Virus record (IMG/VR): IMGVR_UViG_3300033998_000095
Location: 32,001 to 96,000 of that record
Reading direction: 5' to 3' (one strand)
DNA length: 64,000 nucleotides
Source: a virus
The notes beneath the pieces were generated by a model. It was not told the origin of the DNA, made no database searches, and worked only from the letters and a program-made list of their open reading frames with translations. Made by a program: the position numbers and the translations under genes. Position 1 is the first letter of the stretch, and each line of letters starts with the position of its first letter. This document shows positions 40,746-51,177 of this stretch, in pieces.

Positions 40746-41891
40746 TTGTCTTATAAGAAAGTATCTAAAAGAGTTCCATATATACATACTACTTTTGGAC
40801 CATTTATAAATGCGCTTAGATCGTTCTTTAATACAAATGTTTATAAATTTAATTTTACAATGGTAGGAACAATGGATAAAGCAATTCAATTAATTTTTCA
40901 ATCACAAGCTGATCCTAATGTGACATTACAGGGTCCATTAATGCCTATGATTGTATTTACTCCAAATTTAGTAGAACAGGTAAAAGAACTTGATTTTCCT
41001 TTTAGATATACTACATATCATCCATTTCAATCTAAATGGTTTCAGCAACCATTTATTTTTCAAGATGGATCAGCATTGGATATAGTAACAAGACGTATGA
41101 CTGGTAGTGTTGATATTAGAGTATTTGCACATTCTTTGATGGAAATACATGATATTCAGATGGCTTTTCTGGATGCTTTTAGAGGTTATGGAAAGTGGAT
41201 AATGTTAAATCATATTAAGCAATTTTTAGTAATTGAAGATAATGTTAGATTATTTACAGATGAAGGTGTTGAGTTTTTAGATTGGTCTAAAACTAATTTA
41301 AGTAATATGCTAATAAGATCAATAAATAAAAATAAATATTACTTACAAGTTGATACTGATGTTCAAATTAGATTGGAGAGTTTAACAGATGCATCTGAAT
41401 TTTATGGTGGTACAGGTTTAAGTGATTATGCATTAACTGGAGAATTAACATATGAAATAGAACTACCTGCATTATATAATCTGTATACTGATCTTGACAT
41501 AGTAGATTTTGATGTTAGTATATATAATGTGTTTGTTCCTAATTATAATCTAGATATACCACCAACAGCATCATTTAAATTAATTGGTATATCTAAAGAA
41601 GAACGTAATGATAGAGTTGCATATATGTATGCTGATGAAGATCGTTCTTTATCTTTAGCTCAAATATTAAACAGAACAGTATTTGAAGTAGAATTACCAG
41701 AAGCAGGAGAAATAGTACCATTAATATTACAGAGTAATGAAATGGACTTATCTAAAGATTTTATAGTTTTAATTAATGGTGATATCTTTGAGGATATAGA
41801 AGTTATAGATAATCATACGATAAAAGTTAATTATACTAAACCAAACACTGAACCTATTGTAATAGAAGTAATGGAAATTAATAGATTTTAG
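40746..41891 (+). CDS. Virion structural protein, possibly tail terminator-like
   Basis: 381-aa ORF next to PAAR; weak resemblance only. Confidence 0.35.
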   Translation: MSYKKVSKRVPYIHTTFGPFINALRSFFNTNVYKFNFTMVGTMDKAIQLIFQSQADPNVTLQGPLMPMIVFTPNLVEQVKELDFPFRYTTYHPFQSKWFQQPFIFQDGSALDIVTRRMTGSVDIRVFAHSLMEIHDIQMAFLDAFRGYGKWIMLNHIKQFLVIEDNVRLFTDEGVEFLDWSKTNLSNMLIRSINKNKYYLQVDTDVQIRLESLTDASEFYGGTGLSDYALTGELTYEIELPALYNLYTDLDIVDFDVSIYNVFVPNYNLDIPPTASFKLIGISKEERNDRVAYMYADEDRSLSLAQILNRTVFEVELPEAGEIVPLILQSNEMDLSKDFIVLINGDIFEDIEVIDNHTIKVNYTKPNTEPIVIEVMEINRF

Positions 41892-41925
41892 AAACATTAT
41901 TTTATTCTGAAAGGAGATAATAATA

Positions 41926-42243
41926 ATGCCAAAAGTTACAAGAATTGGAGACGAAGAAGAAAATACTTGTAACCCTGGTTATGATTGTTGTCCACATCAT
42001 AGAGTGGGTACAAATGCTACTGGATCACCTAATGTTTTTGTTAATGGTAAGAAAGTACATAGAGTAGGTGATACTGGACCAACCAATTGTCCACATGGTG
42101 GTACATTTGAATCAATTTCTGGATCACCCAATGTATTTGTTAATGGTAAAGCAGTTACAAGAATTGGTGATAGTACTAAGTGTAAGAAATGTGGATTAGT
42201 TGGTAAGCATATAAGTGGATCTCCAGATGTGATAGTAAATTAA
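41926..42243 (+). CDS. PAAR-family spike tip protein
   Basis: Repeated GSPNVFVNGKxVxRxGD with Cys/His Zn ligands. Confidence 0.93.
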   Translation: MPKVTRIGDEEENTCNPGYDCCPHHRVGTNATGSPNVFVNGKKVHRVGDTGPTNCPHGGTFESISGSPNVFVNGKAVTRIGDSTKCKKCGLVGKHISGSPDVIVN

Positions 42244-42277
42244 ATACTATTTTTAGTAGGGAGGTTAATTATTTATC

Positions 42278-43177
42278 ATGATTAAACCTGAAGATGTATT
42301 AAAATATATAGATGAAATGAAAACAATAGAAGCCAAAGATGTAGAGAAACTTAAGAAGGATGTAAATAGTGATAATATTGCTTGGGTTGATAATAAACCA
42401 GCACAAGCTCCATTAGATATAAAGCAACAAGCTAATACTGATACAATTATTAGTAATAATAATATACCTACAAAGATTACAAAAGAACTACTTGATGAAT
42501 ATTTGCGAGACTATTATATGGAACATGTTAAACAACGAAATTCCTATCAAAAAGAAAACCTCTCTGTTACTGATTTAGTTAATTGTATAAGAATGGTTTA
42601 TTTTGATTTTGTCAATACTGAGCGTAAACGTAATTATATATATCCTTATGAAGAAATAGTTACTGAAGTGGGAAATACAATTCATTCTATCATTCAGAAA
42701 AGAATACCATGTATTGATAAAGAAGAAAAGATAAAAATTACAGATATATTTGCTTTTCCTATTAGTTTTAGGATGGATATACATCTTAATGATAAAACTT
42801 TAATTGAAATAAAAAGTATAGATGCATTGCCAGATAAACCTAAACCAGAGCATATGAAACAAGCTATCATGTATGCATACTTTTTAAATAGATTTAAGAA
42901 TTATAATATTGATTTAGTTCAATTGTTGTATGTCAGTAGGGGTAAGATAGATATAAAAGTATTTGATATTCCTATTACTGTACAATTGCTCGATAAAGTT
43001 GATATTAGTATAAAAGAATATATCAATGATCTCAAACGACATATAGATATGAATGTACCACCACCATTAACCAACAAATATATAGACAAAAGTAAATGTT
43101 TCTTTTGTGATTATTCTTATATATGTCAAACAACATCAAATATTAGATATAAAACATATTCAGAAAAAATAAATTAA
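42278..43177 (+). CDS. Cas4-like PD-(D/E)XK exonuclease
   Basis: NCIR, GNTIH, D...EIKS, QAIMY, CFFCDYSYIC. Confidence 0.85.
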   Translation: MIKPEDVLKYIDEMKTIEAKDVEKLKKDVNSDNIAWVDNKPAQAPLDIKQQANTDTIISNNNIPTKITKELLDEYLRDYYMEHVKQRNSYQKENLSVTDLVNCIRMVYFDFVNTERKRNYIYPYEEIVTEVGNTIHSIIQKRIPCIDKEEKIKITDIFAFPISFRMDIHLNDKTLIEIKSIDALPDKPKPEHMKQAIMYAYFLNRFKNYNIDLVQLLYVSRGKIDIKVFDIPITVQLLDKVDISIKEYINDLKRHIDMNVPPPLTNKYIDKSKCFFCDYSYICQTTSNIRYKTYSEKIN

Positions 43178-43192
43178 GAGGAAGGTAAATAA

Positions 43193-43822
43193 ATGTTAGA
43201 TATCTTAAACTTTTATGAGAAAAACTCATTTAAAAAGATTAAAAAGCTTGATAAAGAAGATATCGATCGTAATTTAACAAAATTAGATGATAATATATTA
43301 TGTTGGAATAATGAAGTGTATGTACCTAATGATAATGATATGTATGACTTGATTAAAATAAGATATTTTTATTCTAATGTTGATTTCTCCAAGTTAGATA
43401 CTGATATGATAATTATATTTAATGATAAATATGGAATATTATATAATTTATTACCTAAAGATATAACGATATGTATAGTAAATGATGATGATATGCTAAA
43501 TGATGAGGATGCGATATATATTAGAGAGTTAAATGGTGTAGATGAGCAATTACTGCTTTCATGTAATGATATTGAAAATTTTTCTACTAAAAAGACTGTT
43601 ATATTATTAGATGATAATATAATAAAACTTTATGATATTCAAAATGCTAAGTATGGATTATTTATATCCAAAGTGAGTAATTTTGTAGTGTATTCTTTCT
43701 TTGATTATGCTTTATCTATGTATTCAACTCTTGGTGAAAATAAAAAAGATGTATTTAGGATGAAAGAGATTATAACTGATGATGATTGGTGTTTAATAAA
43801 GACAGAGGTGGAAACGATTTAA
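43193..43822 (+). CDS. Hypothetical protein
   Basis: 209-aa ORF in operon. Confidence 0.6.
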   Translation: MLDILNFYEKNSFKKIKKLDKEDIDRNLTKLDDNILCWNNEVYVPNDNDMYDLIKIRYFYSNVDFSKLDTDMIIIFNDKYGILYNLLPKDITICIVNDDDMLNDEDAIYIRELNGVDEQLLLSCNDIENFSTKKTVILLDDNIIKLYDIQNAKYGLFISKVSNFVVYSFFDYALSMYSTLGENKKDVFRMKEIITDDDWCLIKTEVETI

Positions 43823-43824
43823 AG

Positions 43825-44394
43825 ATGATTACTAACAATCCTACTTTAGAAAGTCCTATATATGGTGAAGAATCATTTTATACAGATGATTTTTTAACTG
43901 AGAAAGAAGAAAAGAGATTTATTAGAGAAGTTGAGAAAATAGTGAGAAAATCTCCAGAGTATGATAGATGGGTAAGATTTGTACATGGTGCATTAGGGAC
44001 TGGATTTGTTTGTTATTTAACAGGACATACTAGTGATGAATGTAAAATTGAATTACATCATTATCCAATATCATTATATAATTATATCCAGATAGCTATA
44101 TATAATAATGACTCTTTTACTTCTTTTGATATAGCTCATCAAGTCATGAAATGGCATTTTGAAAATATGATTGGATTTATACCATTAAGCCAATCTGTTC
44201 ACGAAATGTATCATAATAATTATCTAAAGATACCTATAGATATTGTTGAAGGTGAATGGGAAGCTATATTAACAGCAGTGGATATTCCTGATAAAATAAA
44301 AGCACAAATTGATATATTAAAAACAATTACATTAGATTCTGTCAATGAAAATTGGGAAATTAGAGAAAGACAATATGATTTAAAAAATAACTAA
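43825..44394 (+). CDS. HNH-like hypothetical phage protein
   Basis: CYLTG...IELHHYP...VHEMYH; ATG at 43825 chosen over the longer track ORF starting at 43786. Confidence 0.5.
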   Translation: MITNNPTLESPIYGEESFYTDDFLTEKEEKRFIREVEKIVRKSPEYDRWVRFVHGALGTGFVCYLTGHTSDECKIELHHYPISLYNYIQIAIYNNDSFTSFDIAHQVMKWHFENMIGFIPLSQSVHEMYHNNYLKIPIDIVEGEWEAILTAVDIPDKIKAQIDILKTITLDSVNENWEIRERQYDLKNN

Positions 44395-44501
44395 TATTTT
44401 ATAAAGTTAATTGATAAATATATTTTGATTGTGTTTAGAGTATAAGAAAATGTAAAATTAATTAACAAATACTATAAATGTTAAGTAAAGGAGAAGAATA
44501 A

Positions 44502-45482
44502 ATGCTTAAAATACAATGGTTTATGATGACTAAACAAATTGAGTATATTCCATCTGTTTATTATTATGGTACTATTACACCATTAAGTGTAGCTAGAGGT
44601 TATTTTGCAGCTACTACTGTAGGTGATTATGCTCTATTTGGTGGTGGAAATCCTACATCTAATGTAGTAGATGCATATGATACATCTCTTACTAGAACTA
44701 CACCTACTGCATTAAGTGTAGCTAGAAGATATTTAGCAGCTACTACTGTAGGTAATTATGCTCTATTTGGTGGTGGATATACTGATAGTGCAAATTCTAA
44801 TGTAGTAGATGCATATGATACATCTCTTACTAGAACTACACCTACTGCATTAAGTGTAGCTAGAAGATATTTAGCAGCTACTGCTGTAGGTAATTATGCT
44901 TTATTTGGTGGTGGATATCCTATAACTAATGTAGTAGATGCATATGATACATCTCTTACTAGAACTACAGCTCCTGCATTAAGTGTAGGTAGATATTATT
45001 TAGCAGCTACTACTGTAGGTAATTATGCTCTATTTGGTGGGGGTAGTGGTCCTTCTAATGTAGTAGATGCATATGATACATCTCTTACTAGAACTACACC
45101 TACTGCATTAAGTGTAGCTAGATATAATTTAGCAGCTACTGCTGTAGGTAATTATGCTTTATTTGGTGGTGGATATACTGGTAGTGCAAATTCTAATGTA
45201 GTAGATGCATATGATACATCTCTTACTAGAACTTTACCTATTGTATTAAGTGTGGGCAGACGTTGGTTAGCAGCTACTACTATAGGTAATTATGCTCTAT
45301 TTGGTGGTGGATCTACTAATGGTAATGTAGTAGATGCCTATGATACATCTCTTACTAGAACTACACCTACACCATTAAGTGTAGCTAGAGGTTATTTAGC
45401 AGCTACTACAGTAGGTAATTATGCTCTATTTGGTGGGGGAGATCCTACATCTAATGTAGTAGATGCATACTATGTATTTTAA
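44502..45482 (+). CDS. Seven-bladed Kelch-type beta-propeller protein
   Basis: Seven repeats LSV(A/G)RxxxAATxVGNYALFGGG-x(4/7)-NVVDAY. Confidence 0.85.
   Translation: MLKIQWFMMTKQIEYIPSVYYYGTITPLSVARGYFAATTVGDYALFGGGNPTSNVVDAYDTSLTRTTPTALSVARRYLAATTVGNYALFGGGYTDSANSNVVDAYDTSLTRTTPTALSVARRYLAATAVGNYALFGGGYPITNVVDAYDTSLTRTTAPALSVGRYYLAATTVGNYALFGGGSGPSNVVDAYDTSLTRTTPTALSVARYNLAATAVGNYALFGGGYTGSANSNVVDAYDTSLTRTLPIVLSVGRRWLAATTIGNYALFGGGSTNGNVVDAYDTSLTRTTPTPLSVARGYLAATTVGNYALFGGGDPTSNVVDAYYVF
44580..45470 (+). repeat. Tandem coding repeat, seven units of 129 or 138 bp
   Basis: Near-identical DNA, e.g. AATGTAGTAGATGCATATGATACATCTCTTACTAGAACT, repeated. Confidence 0.95.
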
Positions 45483-45584
45483 TTATAAATGTTTTTTTTA
45501 AATTATTTATAATTATAATAATATTGTTTAAAATCAATATTTATTTATCATGTTCTTAATTTGAAAAAGGAGGACTAAACATAA

Positions 45585-45814
45585 ATGCCAGTAGAAAAGA
45601 CATTGTTATCTAAAGATCAATTGAAATTAACCATTGATTGGGTGAATTATCAGGAGATATTCGCGATCAATATGATTTAATGCGTAATATTATTGATAAT
45701 GCAATAAACAGGCAGGAATTGCCCAAAGTTATGCATATGAATATCATATAAGATCTCAGATTTTTGGAACAACAGTCGACGAAGCAGGAAGAAGCCTATG
45801 ACTTTAGATTTTAA
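45585..45814 (+). pseudogene. Possible degraded gene remnant
   Basis: Strong SD AAGGAGGA and ATG, but a stop after 31 codons; coding-like sequence continues in other frames. Confidence 0.3.
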
Positions 45815-45897
45815 TTAATTATAGATAGTTCACGATAAAAAAGATAAAACAGGAGGTGAATAATAGACAATATATACTTTATTGTCTATTATGACAA

Positions 45898-46341
45898 ATG
45901 ATAGGTGATATTATTAATTATGTGATTTCTAATGATATTATATTGAGCTTGATAATAATAGCTGTCATTGCTCTTAGTATTTATAGTTTCAGTAAGCATA
46001 AAACTCTAAAAGATATAGTTATTGCTTTGCTAGGTGTCATTGCATTTATCCTACTTTTATTTAAGAAATCAAATAAAGATATAGATGAAAAGATAGATGA
46101 GCTTGAAGAACAAAAAGAACAGTTAAAAGATGAAATGCACAAAGTAGATGAAGAAGTAAAAGAAAATAAGGAACAATTTGATCAAGTAATGGATGAAAGA
46201 AAAGATATAGAAACTGATTTAAATCAGAAACTGGAAGATGCTCAGAAAATTGAGCCAAAACCAATTGAATCAGATCAAGATATACTAGATGCTTTTGACT
46301 TTGCTGCTGATGTAGCTAAAAAGAAGAAAAAAGCAAAATAG
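45898..46341 (+). CDS. Membrane protein, two TM helices plus coiled coil (possible lysis function)
   Basis: Hydrophobic N-terminus, acidic coiled coil, basic C-terminal tail. Confidence 0.55.
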   Translation: MIGDIINYVISNDIILSLIIIAVIALSIYSFSKHKTLKDIVIALLGVIAFILLLFKKSNKDIDEKIDELEEQKEQLKDEMHKVDEEVKENKEQFDQVMDERKDIETDLNQKLEDAQKIEPKPIESDQDILDAFDFAADVAKKKKKAK

Positions 46342-46384
46342 CTTATTTGGATATTATTATGTCATTGTTATGAGGTGAATATAT

Positions 46385-46852
46385 ATGAAGAGAATGGTAT
46401 TATTAACTATATTTTGTTTAATATTTGTATTGACAATAGTAAGTCCCTCTCTGGCATTAGGTATGAAAATAGAGAGTGGTATACTTTCTTTACCTGATGG
46501 AAAAAGCATTAAAGTAGGACCAGGTTTTTATTTGACTCAAAATGATGCAACAGATGTTGCTTCTGGTATAGAAATATTAAAAGCAGATCTCCAACGTATA
46601 CAAGCAGAGCGTGATGCATATAAAGAAGCATATGAACGTGAAAAGGAGACCAATGATAAAATTGCACAGATATATAAAGATCTATATCTTAAATATGAAC
46701 AAAAAGCTGATTTATTGGAGCAATATATAGCAGCAACAGAGAAAGAGATAGCCTTACTTAAAAGTGAAAATAATGTCTTAAAGTTTGAATCTAAAGTATA
46801 TAAAACATCTACGTCTATACTGGGTATAGCATTAATAATAGCTTTGCTATAA
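46385..46852 (+). CDS. Signal-peptide coiled-coil protein with hydrophobic C-terminus (spanin-like topology)
   Basis: MKRMVLLTIF...ALG signal, coiled coil, terminal ILGIALIIALL. Confidence 0.5.
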   Translation: MKRMVLLTIFCLIFVLTIVSPSLALGMKIESGILSLPDGKSIKVGPGFYLTQNDATDVASGIEILKADLQRIQAERDAYKEAYEREKETNDKIAQIYKDLYLKYEQKADLLEQYIAATEKEIALLKSENNVLKFESKVYKTSTSILGIALIIALL

Positions 46853-46876
46853 TATGATGGGAGAGAATGATACAAT

Positions 46877-48778
46877 ATGGCAAATTTAAATCTAGATTAT
46901 GCGTGTGTTGGATTAAATCCATCACAGTATATAGTCATAGCATATGTTACAGATATAGAACCCTGGGAATATAGAGAGTATATATTTTCTGTAGATAATC
47001 CAAATGTAGTGTTTAACGCAGAGCAAAATGCAAGTAAATTTATCTTTTATTTAAAATATAATCAAACTGTAAATGTAACTTGTACTGTTAACCTTTATGA
47101 TTATAACTATAATATGCAAAAACATATTTATAGTACGATTAGCAAAACTATTACAATTGAATCTATTGATGATGGCACATTGTTTAGAACTAGACCACGT
47201 ATTAAATTAAATAGAGCAGAGACTAGTTATATTCCCAGCTATGCTTCTTTTTCAATCGATATACCAGATTGTGGTATTCCACCTTTTGAATATTCCTGGA
47301 ATGTATTTTCAGAACATCCATATATGTTTTTTGCAGAAGATGATAGATTGTTTTTAATTGCAATGGGTAATGGTACATATAGAATATCATGTAGTGTAAC
47401 TGATGCTGGTGGTATAACTGTATCTGAATCATTAAATGAATATGTATTATTGCATAAAGTATATAAAACAGCAGAAGCCAATCAGAATATATTCGATATA
47501 TCAGATTGCTGTGAATCAAGCAGTATATATTTTGATATATATCATAATGGGTTGCATATGATTGAATCATTAGATTATACTATAGATGTTATTAATAAAA
47601 AATTGATTTTCAATTTTCCATGTAGGAAAAATGATGTAATAACAATATATAATTTCTATAGAAAATATGATGATATTACTACTGTAAATGTGAATACTAA
47701 GACGTTAATAGCAACACAAAATCAAACAGTATATGATATAGCAGATATATATGTTGAAGGAATGTCTAATATAATTGTATTTAGAAATGGGTTGCAACAA
47801 GTAGAAGGATTAGATTATATTTTTGTCTTTGATACCAAATCAATTGTATTTAATTATGGATGTAATGAAAATGATATTATAACAATTAATAATTATGTGA
47901 ATATAAATCCTAATTATGCATGGTTGGATATGAAAAGAATAACATCTGTCGCTGATTTGGGACAATATATATTTGACATAAGCGATGATTATAACAATAA
48001 TGTTTTTGATATTATGGTATTCAGAAATGGTTTGCTGGAGATCTATGATGCAGCATATACTGTAGAAAATGAACAAATTAGATTCGTATATCCATGTGAT
48101 AAAAATGATGTAATAACAATATTAATACTATATCAAAATAGTGTAGCATCAGAATACGTTTTAGAAGTTGATGGAGTTCCTATAGAAGAAGATTCATCTG
48201 CTATATATAAACGTAAATCCAATGTATTCAAAGGTAAGTTAAGTGTTCCATATGATGTACCTGATGCTGATAAAGATGCTTTACTTGCTGAAATTAATTT
48301 ACTTAATAGTTATGATATGCGTCATATACTATTGTTTAAAAGAGATAAAGCTTCAGATAGTAATTTCTTTAATGCAATCAAAAACCTAGATGCTATATAT
48401 TCAAATGCTCAGTATAGGTTATGTGCTGTTGCGTTTGATAGTGATAACTATTTGTATTTTTATGTAAAATGTACATCTGATTATGCTGCAAAGACAGCAG
48501 CTAATAGATTGATTGAAACAGTATCATGGGTAATATATAAACATGGATATAGAGCTAAAGATGACAAAATAGCATTTACTTATGAATATGAACCTGCATT
48601 ATATTCAGAACAGGTGGTAAGTGATATGACAGCATATTTGGAGCATGTAATGCAAACAAAATATAACAGGATGGATCTATTGGAAGTTCATGATGCTCTG
48701 AAAGGAGAAGTTGCAATTTTCTTAGAGTCTCTTAGAAATACTGATCCTATAATTATGCCTGGGTTGCAAAAGATATAA
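46877..48778 (+). CDS. Virion structural protein with Ig-like domains and three repeated beta domains
   Basis: PFEYSW...GTYRISCSVTD; three (H/R)NGL...Y...C..NDVITI repeats. Confidence 0.6.
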   Translation: MANLNLDYACVGLNPSQYIVIAYVTDIEPWEYREYIFSVDNPNVVFNAEQNASKFIFYLKYNQTVNVTCTVNLYDYNYNMQKHIYSTISKTITIESIDDGTLFRTRPRIKLNRAETSYIPSYASFSIDIPDCGIPPFEYSWNVFSEHPYMFFAEDDRLFLIAMGNGTYRISCSVTDAGGITVSESLNEYVLLHKVYKTAEANQNIFDISDCCESSSIYFDIYHNGLHMIESLDYTIDVINKKLIFNFPCRKNDVITIYNFYRKYDDITTVNVNTKTLIATQNQTVYDIADIYVEGMSNIIVFRNGLQQVEGLDYIFVFDTKSIVFNYGCNENDIITINNYVNINPNYAWLDMKRITSVADLGQYIFDISDDYNNNVFDIMVFRNGLLEIYDAAYTVENEQIRFVYPCDKNDVITILILYQNSVASEYVLEVDGVPIEEDSSAIYKRKSNVFKGKLSVPYDVPDADKDALLAEINLLNSYDMRHILLFKRDKASDSNFFNAIKNLDAIYSNAQYRLCAVAFDSDNYLYFYVKCTSDYAAKTAANRLIETVSWVIYKHGYRAKDDKIAFTYEYEPALYSEQVVSDMTAYLEHVMQTKYNRMDLLEVHDALKGEVAIFLESLRNTDPIIMPGLQKI

Positions 48779-48829
48779 ATATATGCTATTCTTGTATTGA
48801 TGATATTAAATAAAGGAGCCATTATCCCA

Positions 48830-49264
48830 ATGATATCTGTTTTTGATATAGCCAAATATATTTTAGAAAAGTATGAATCATTACCAAATATGAAGTTGCA
48901 AAAGCTTGTATATTATTCACAAGCATGGAGTCTAGCTTGGGATAATGAACCTCTTTTCTTCGAGGAAATTAAAGCGTGGGCTAATGGACCTGTTGTTGAA
49001 GAGTTATATGAATTACTTAAAGGAAAATTTGAAGTAAATTCAGGTATGATAGAATCATTTAATACATTAACAGACGAACAAAAGGAAACAATTGATGCAG
49101 TATGTGAATTTTATGGAGTTAAAGAACCTCAAGAACTTAGTGATATGGTTCGTCTAGAAGATCCATGGATTAATGCAAGAATAGGGCTTGAAGAATATGA
49201 ACGTGGTGATAGAATTATTCTAAAGGAAGCAATGAAGGAATATTATAGCAATATTGATATATAA
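48830..49264 (+). CDS. Panacea/SocA-like (DUF4065, GepA) antitoxin-domain protein
   Basis: NMKLQKLVYYSQAW...EIKAWANGPVV..LY, EDPW; ATG at 48830. Confidence 0.88.
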   Translation: MISVFDIAKYILEKYESLPNMKLQKLVYYSQAWSLAWDNEPLFFEEIKAWANGPVVEELYELLKGKFEVNSGMIESFNTLTDEQKETIDAVCEFYGVKEPQELSDMVRLEDPWINARIGLEEYERGDRIILKEAMKEYYSNIDI

Positions 49265-49294
49265 TAATATCTAGTTGGGAGGTAAATCATTATT

Positions 49295-50254
49295 ATGGAT
49301 ATTCAGAATTATTTATGGGTAGCTAAATATAGACCAAAGCAGTTAGATGATATTGTATTGAACAATACAATTAAAACTGCTGTCAATAGTTTTATTGTGC
49401 AAGATAATATGCCTCATTGTATGTTTATTGGTAAACCTGGTACAGGTAAGACAACATTGGCATTGATCTTAATGAATCATTTTACCAATAATGACAACGA
49501 TAGGTTGTTTTTGAATGCATCTGATGATAGAGGCATTCAAAGTATGAGGGATATTGTTATTGAATTTATGAAAACACCACCATATTCTTCTAAATATAAA
49601 GTAGTTGTTATGGATGAGTGCGATAATTTAACTAACGATGCTTGGTTAATCATTAGAAATCCAATTGAGAATGATCAAATAAATGCAGATTATCTCACTA
49701 GATTTATATTTACAGCAAATTATGCTAATAAGATACCTGATTTTATGAAATCAAGATGCGCTGTATTTGAGTTTACTAGTATTCCAAAGAGTATCATGAT
49801 TGATAAGATCAGATATATATTAGGTAATGAAAATATCTCATATGAAGAAGAAGATCTTGTGAATCTTGTAGACTACTATTATCCTGATTTTAGAGCAGTT
49901 ATAAATAATCTCCAATCAATGTGTATAAATAATGTGTTTTCATTTTCTACTGGTATAGAATCAATTTCTACCCTTGCAGAATTGGTATTTAATACAATAG
50001 AAAATAATAATATAGACCAACTTAAATACAATATAACTCAAATTAGAAATATAATGCATACTTCAGAAGTGAATCCAATAGAAGTCATCAGATATATTCT
50101 TAACGAAAAGGATGTTTCATTATCAAGTTATATTGTTTTGAACAGATACATGAATACCTTTAATAATGTAATAGATAAGGTAGCACATTTTATAGCTATG
50201 ATATATGAATGTATATTATTCAATCAAAAAATTGGTAAATTATCATGCAATTAA
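49295..50254 (+). CDS. Clamp loader ATPase subunit (RFC-small/gp44-like)
   Basis: WVAKYRP, GKPGTGKT, LNASDDRG, MDECD, SRC. Confidence 0.93.
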   Translation: MDIQNYLWVAKYRPKQLDDIVLNNTIKTAVNSFIVQDNMPHCMFIGKPGTGKTTLALILMNHFTNNDNDRLFLNASDDRGIQSMRDIVIEFMKTPPYSSKYKVVVMDECDNLTNDAWLIIRNPIENDQINADYLTRFIFTANYANKIPDFMKSRCAVFEFTSIPKSIMIDKIRYILGNENISYEEEDLVNLVDYYYPDFRAVINNLQSMCINNVFSFSTGIESISTLAELVFNTIENNNIDQLKYNITQIRNIMHTSEVNPIEVIRYILNEKDVSLSSYIVLNRYMNTFNNVIDKVAHFIAMIYECILFNQKIGKLSCN

Positions 50255-51144
50255 AAGACATATTAAAAACTAAATTAACTTATATTAAATCAAATACAAG
50301 GCACCATATATTTAGATGTCCATTTTGTGGAGATTCAAAAGATACCACACATGGTCATCTATATATTGCTATAGATAAACCTGTCTTTAGATGTGTACGC
50401 TGTGGTACTGGTGGCCATTTATCATATTTAATAAGAGAGATAGGTTTACAAGATGATCTTAATATTGAAGACTATTATGACAATGTATCATCAGATAGAA
50501 GTATTACATCAACTTCAAATTTGTCCTTTAATATAAATGATGAACAATATGAAGAGTTTATATACGAATACATTAAGCAGAGACTTGGAGTAGATACTAT
50601 TCTTCCAGAATATAACATATTCTCATATAAAACTTATGTTGATATAGTTCAAAATAAGTTAAAAGATATTGTTTTTGAAAAGGGTATTTGTTTTTTAACT
50701 TATTACAAAAAGAAAATGATATTTAGAGTATTGAATGATGATAAGTTATTTAGATATTATAATTATTCCCTTGCAGATGGTAATGATACTTTTATTGTTA
50801 ATAATACAATTGATATATTTAAATTCAGACAGCATAAAACAGTTGTAATAGCTGAAGGTATATTCGATATACTTAATGTTTATATACATGGATATATTGA
50901 TATCCCCGATGATGCTATCTTTGCAGCAGCACTTACTAGTACGTTTTCTAATACCTACAAATTGATAAAGTCTTTGACATTATGTAATTATCCCAATATA
51001 ATAATTGTAGCAGACAATGATAAAGATGATAATAATTATTTAACTGGATTAAATTATAATAGCGTTAAAGTAGTGCGAAATAAAATTGATAAAGATTTTG
51101 GACAATATGATAAAGTTGATCCATATATTAGTTTAGAAATATAA
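50245..51144 (+). CDS. DNA primase (Zn finger plus TOPRIM, gp61-like)
   Basis: CPFCGDS...CVRC, AEGIFD, ADND, KDFG. Confidence 0.88.
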   Translation: MQLKDILKTKLTYIKSNTRHHIFRCPFCGDSKDTTHGHLYIAIDKPVFRCVRCGTGGHLSYLIREIGLQDDLNIEDYYDNVSSDRSITSTSNLSFNINDEQYEEFIYEYIKQRLGVDTILPEYNIFSYKTYVDIVQNKLKDIVFEKGICFLTYYKKKMIFRVLNDDKLFRYYNYSLADGNDTFIVNNTIDIFKFRQHKTVVIAEGIFDILNVYIHGYIDIPDDAIFAAALTSTFSNTYKLIKSLTLCNYPNIIIVADNDKDDNNYLTGLNYNSVKVVRNKIDKDFGQYDKVDPYISLEI

Positions 51145-51177
51145 TTAATCATTATAATATACAGGAGTGTGATATAA

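Noticed and set aside
44580-45470. CRISPR array or DGR template/variable repeat
   Set aside because: Repeats are in-frame protein repeats of 129/138 bp; differences include indels and are not adenine-specific; no reverse transcriptase in the window.
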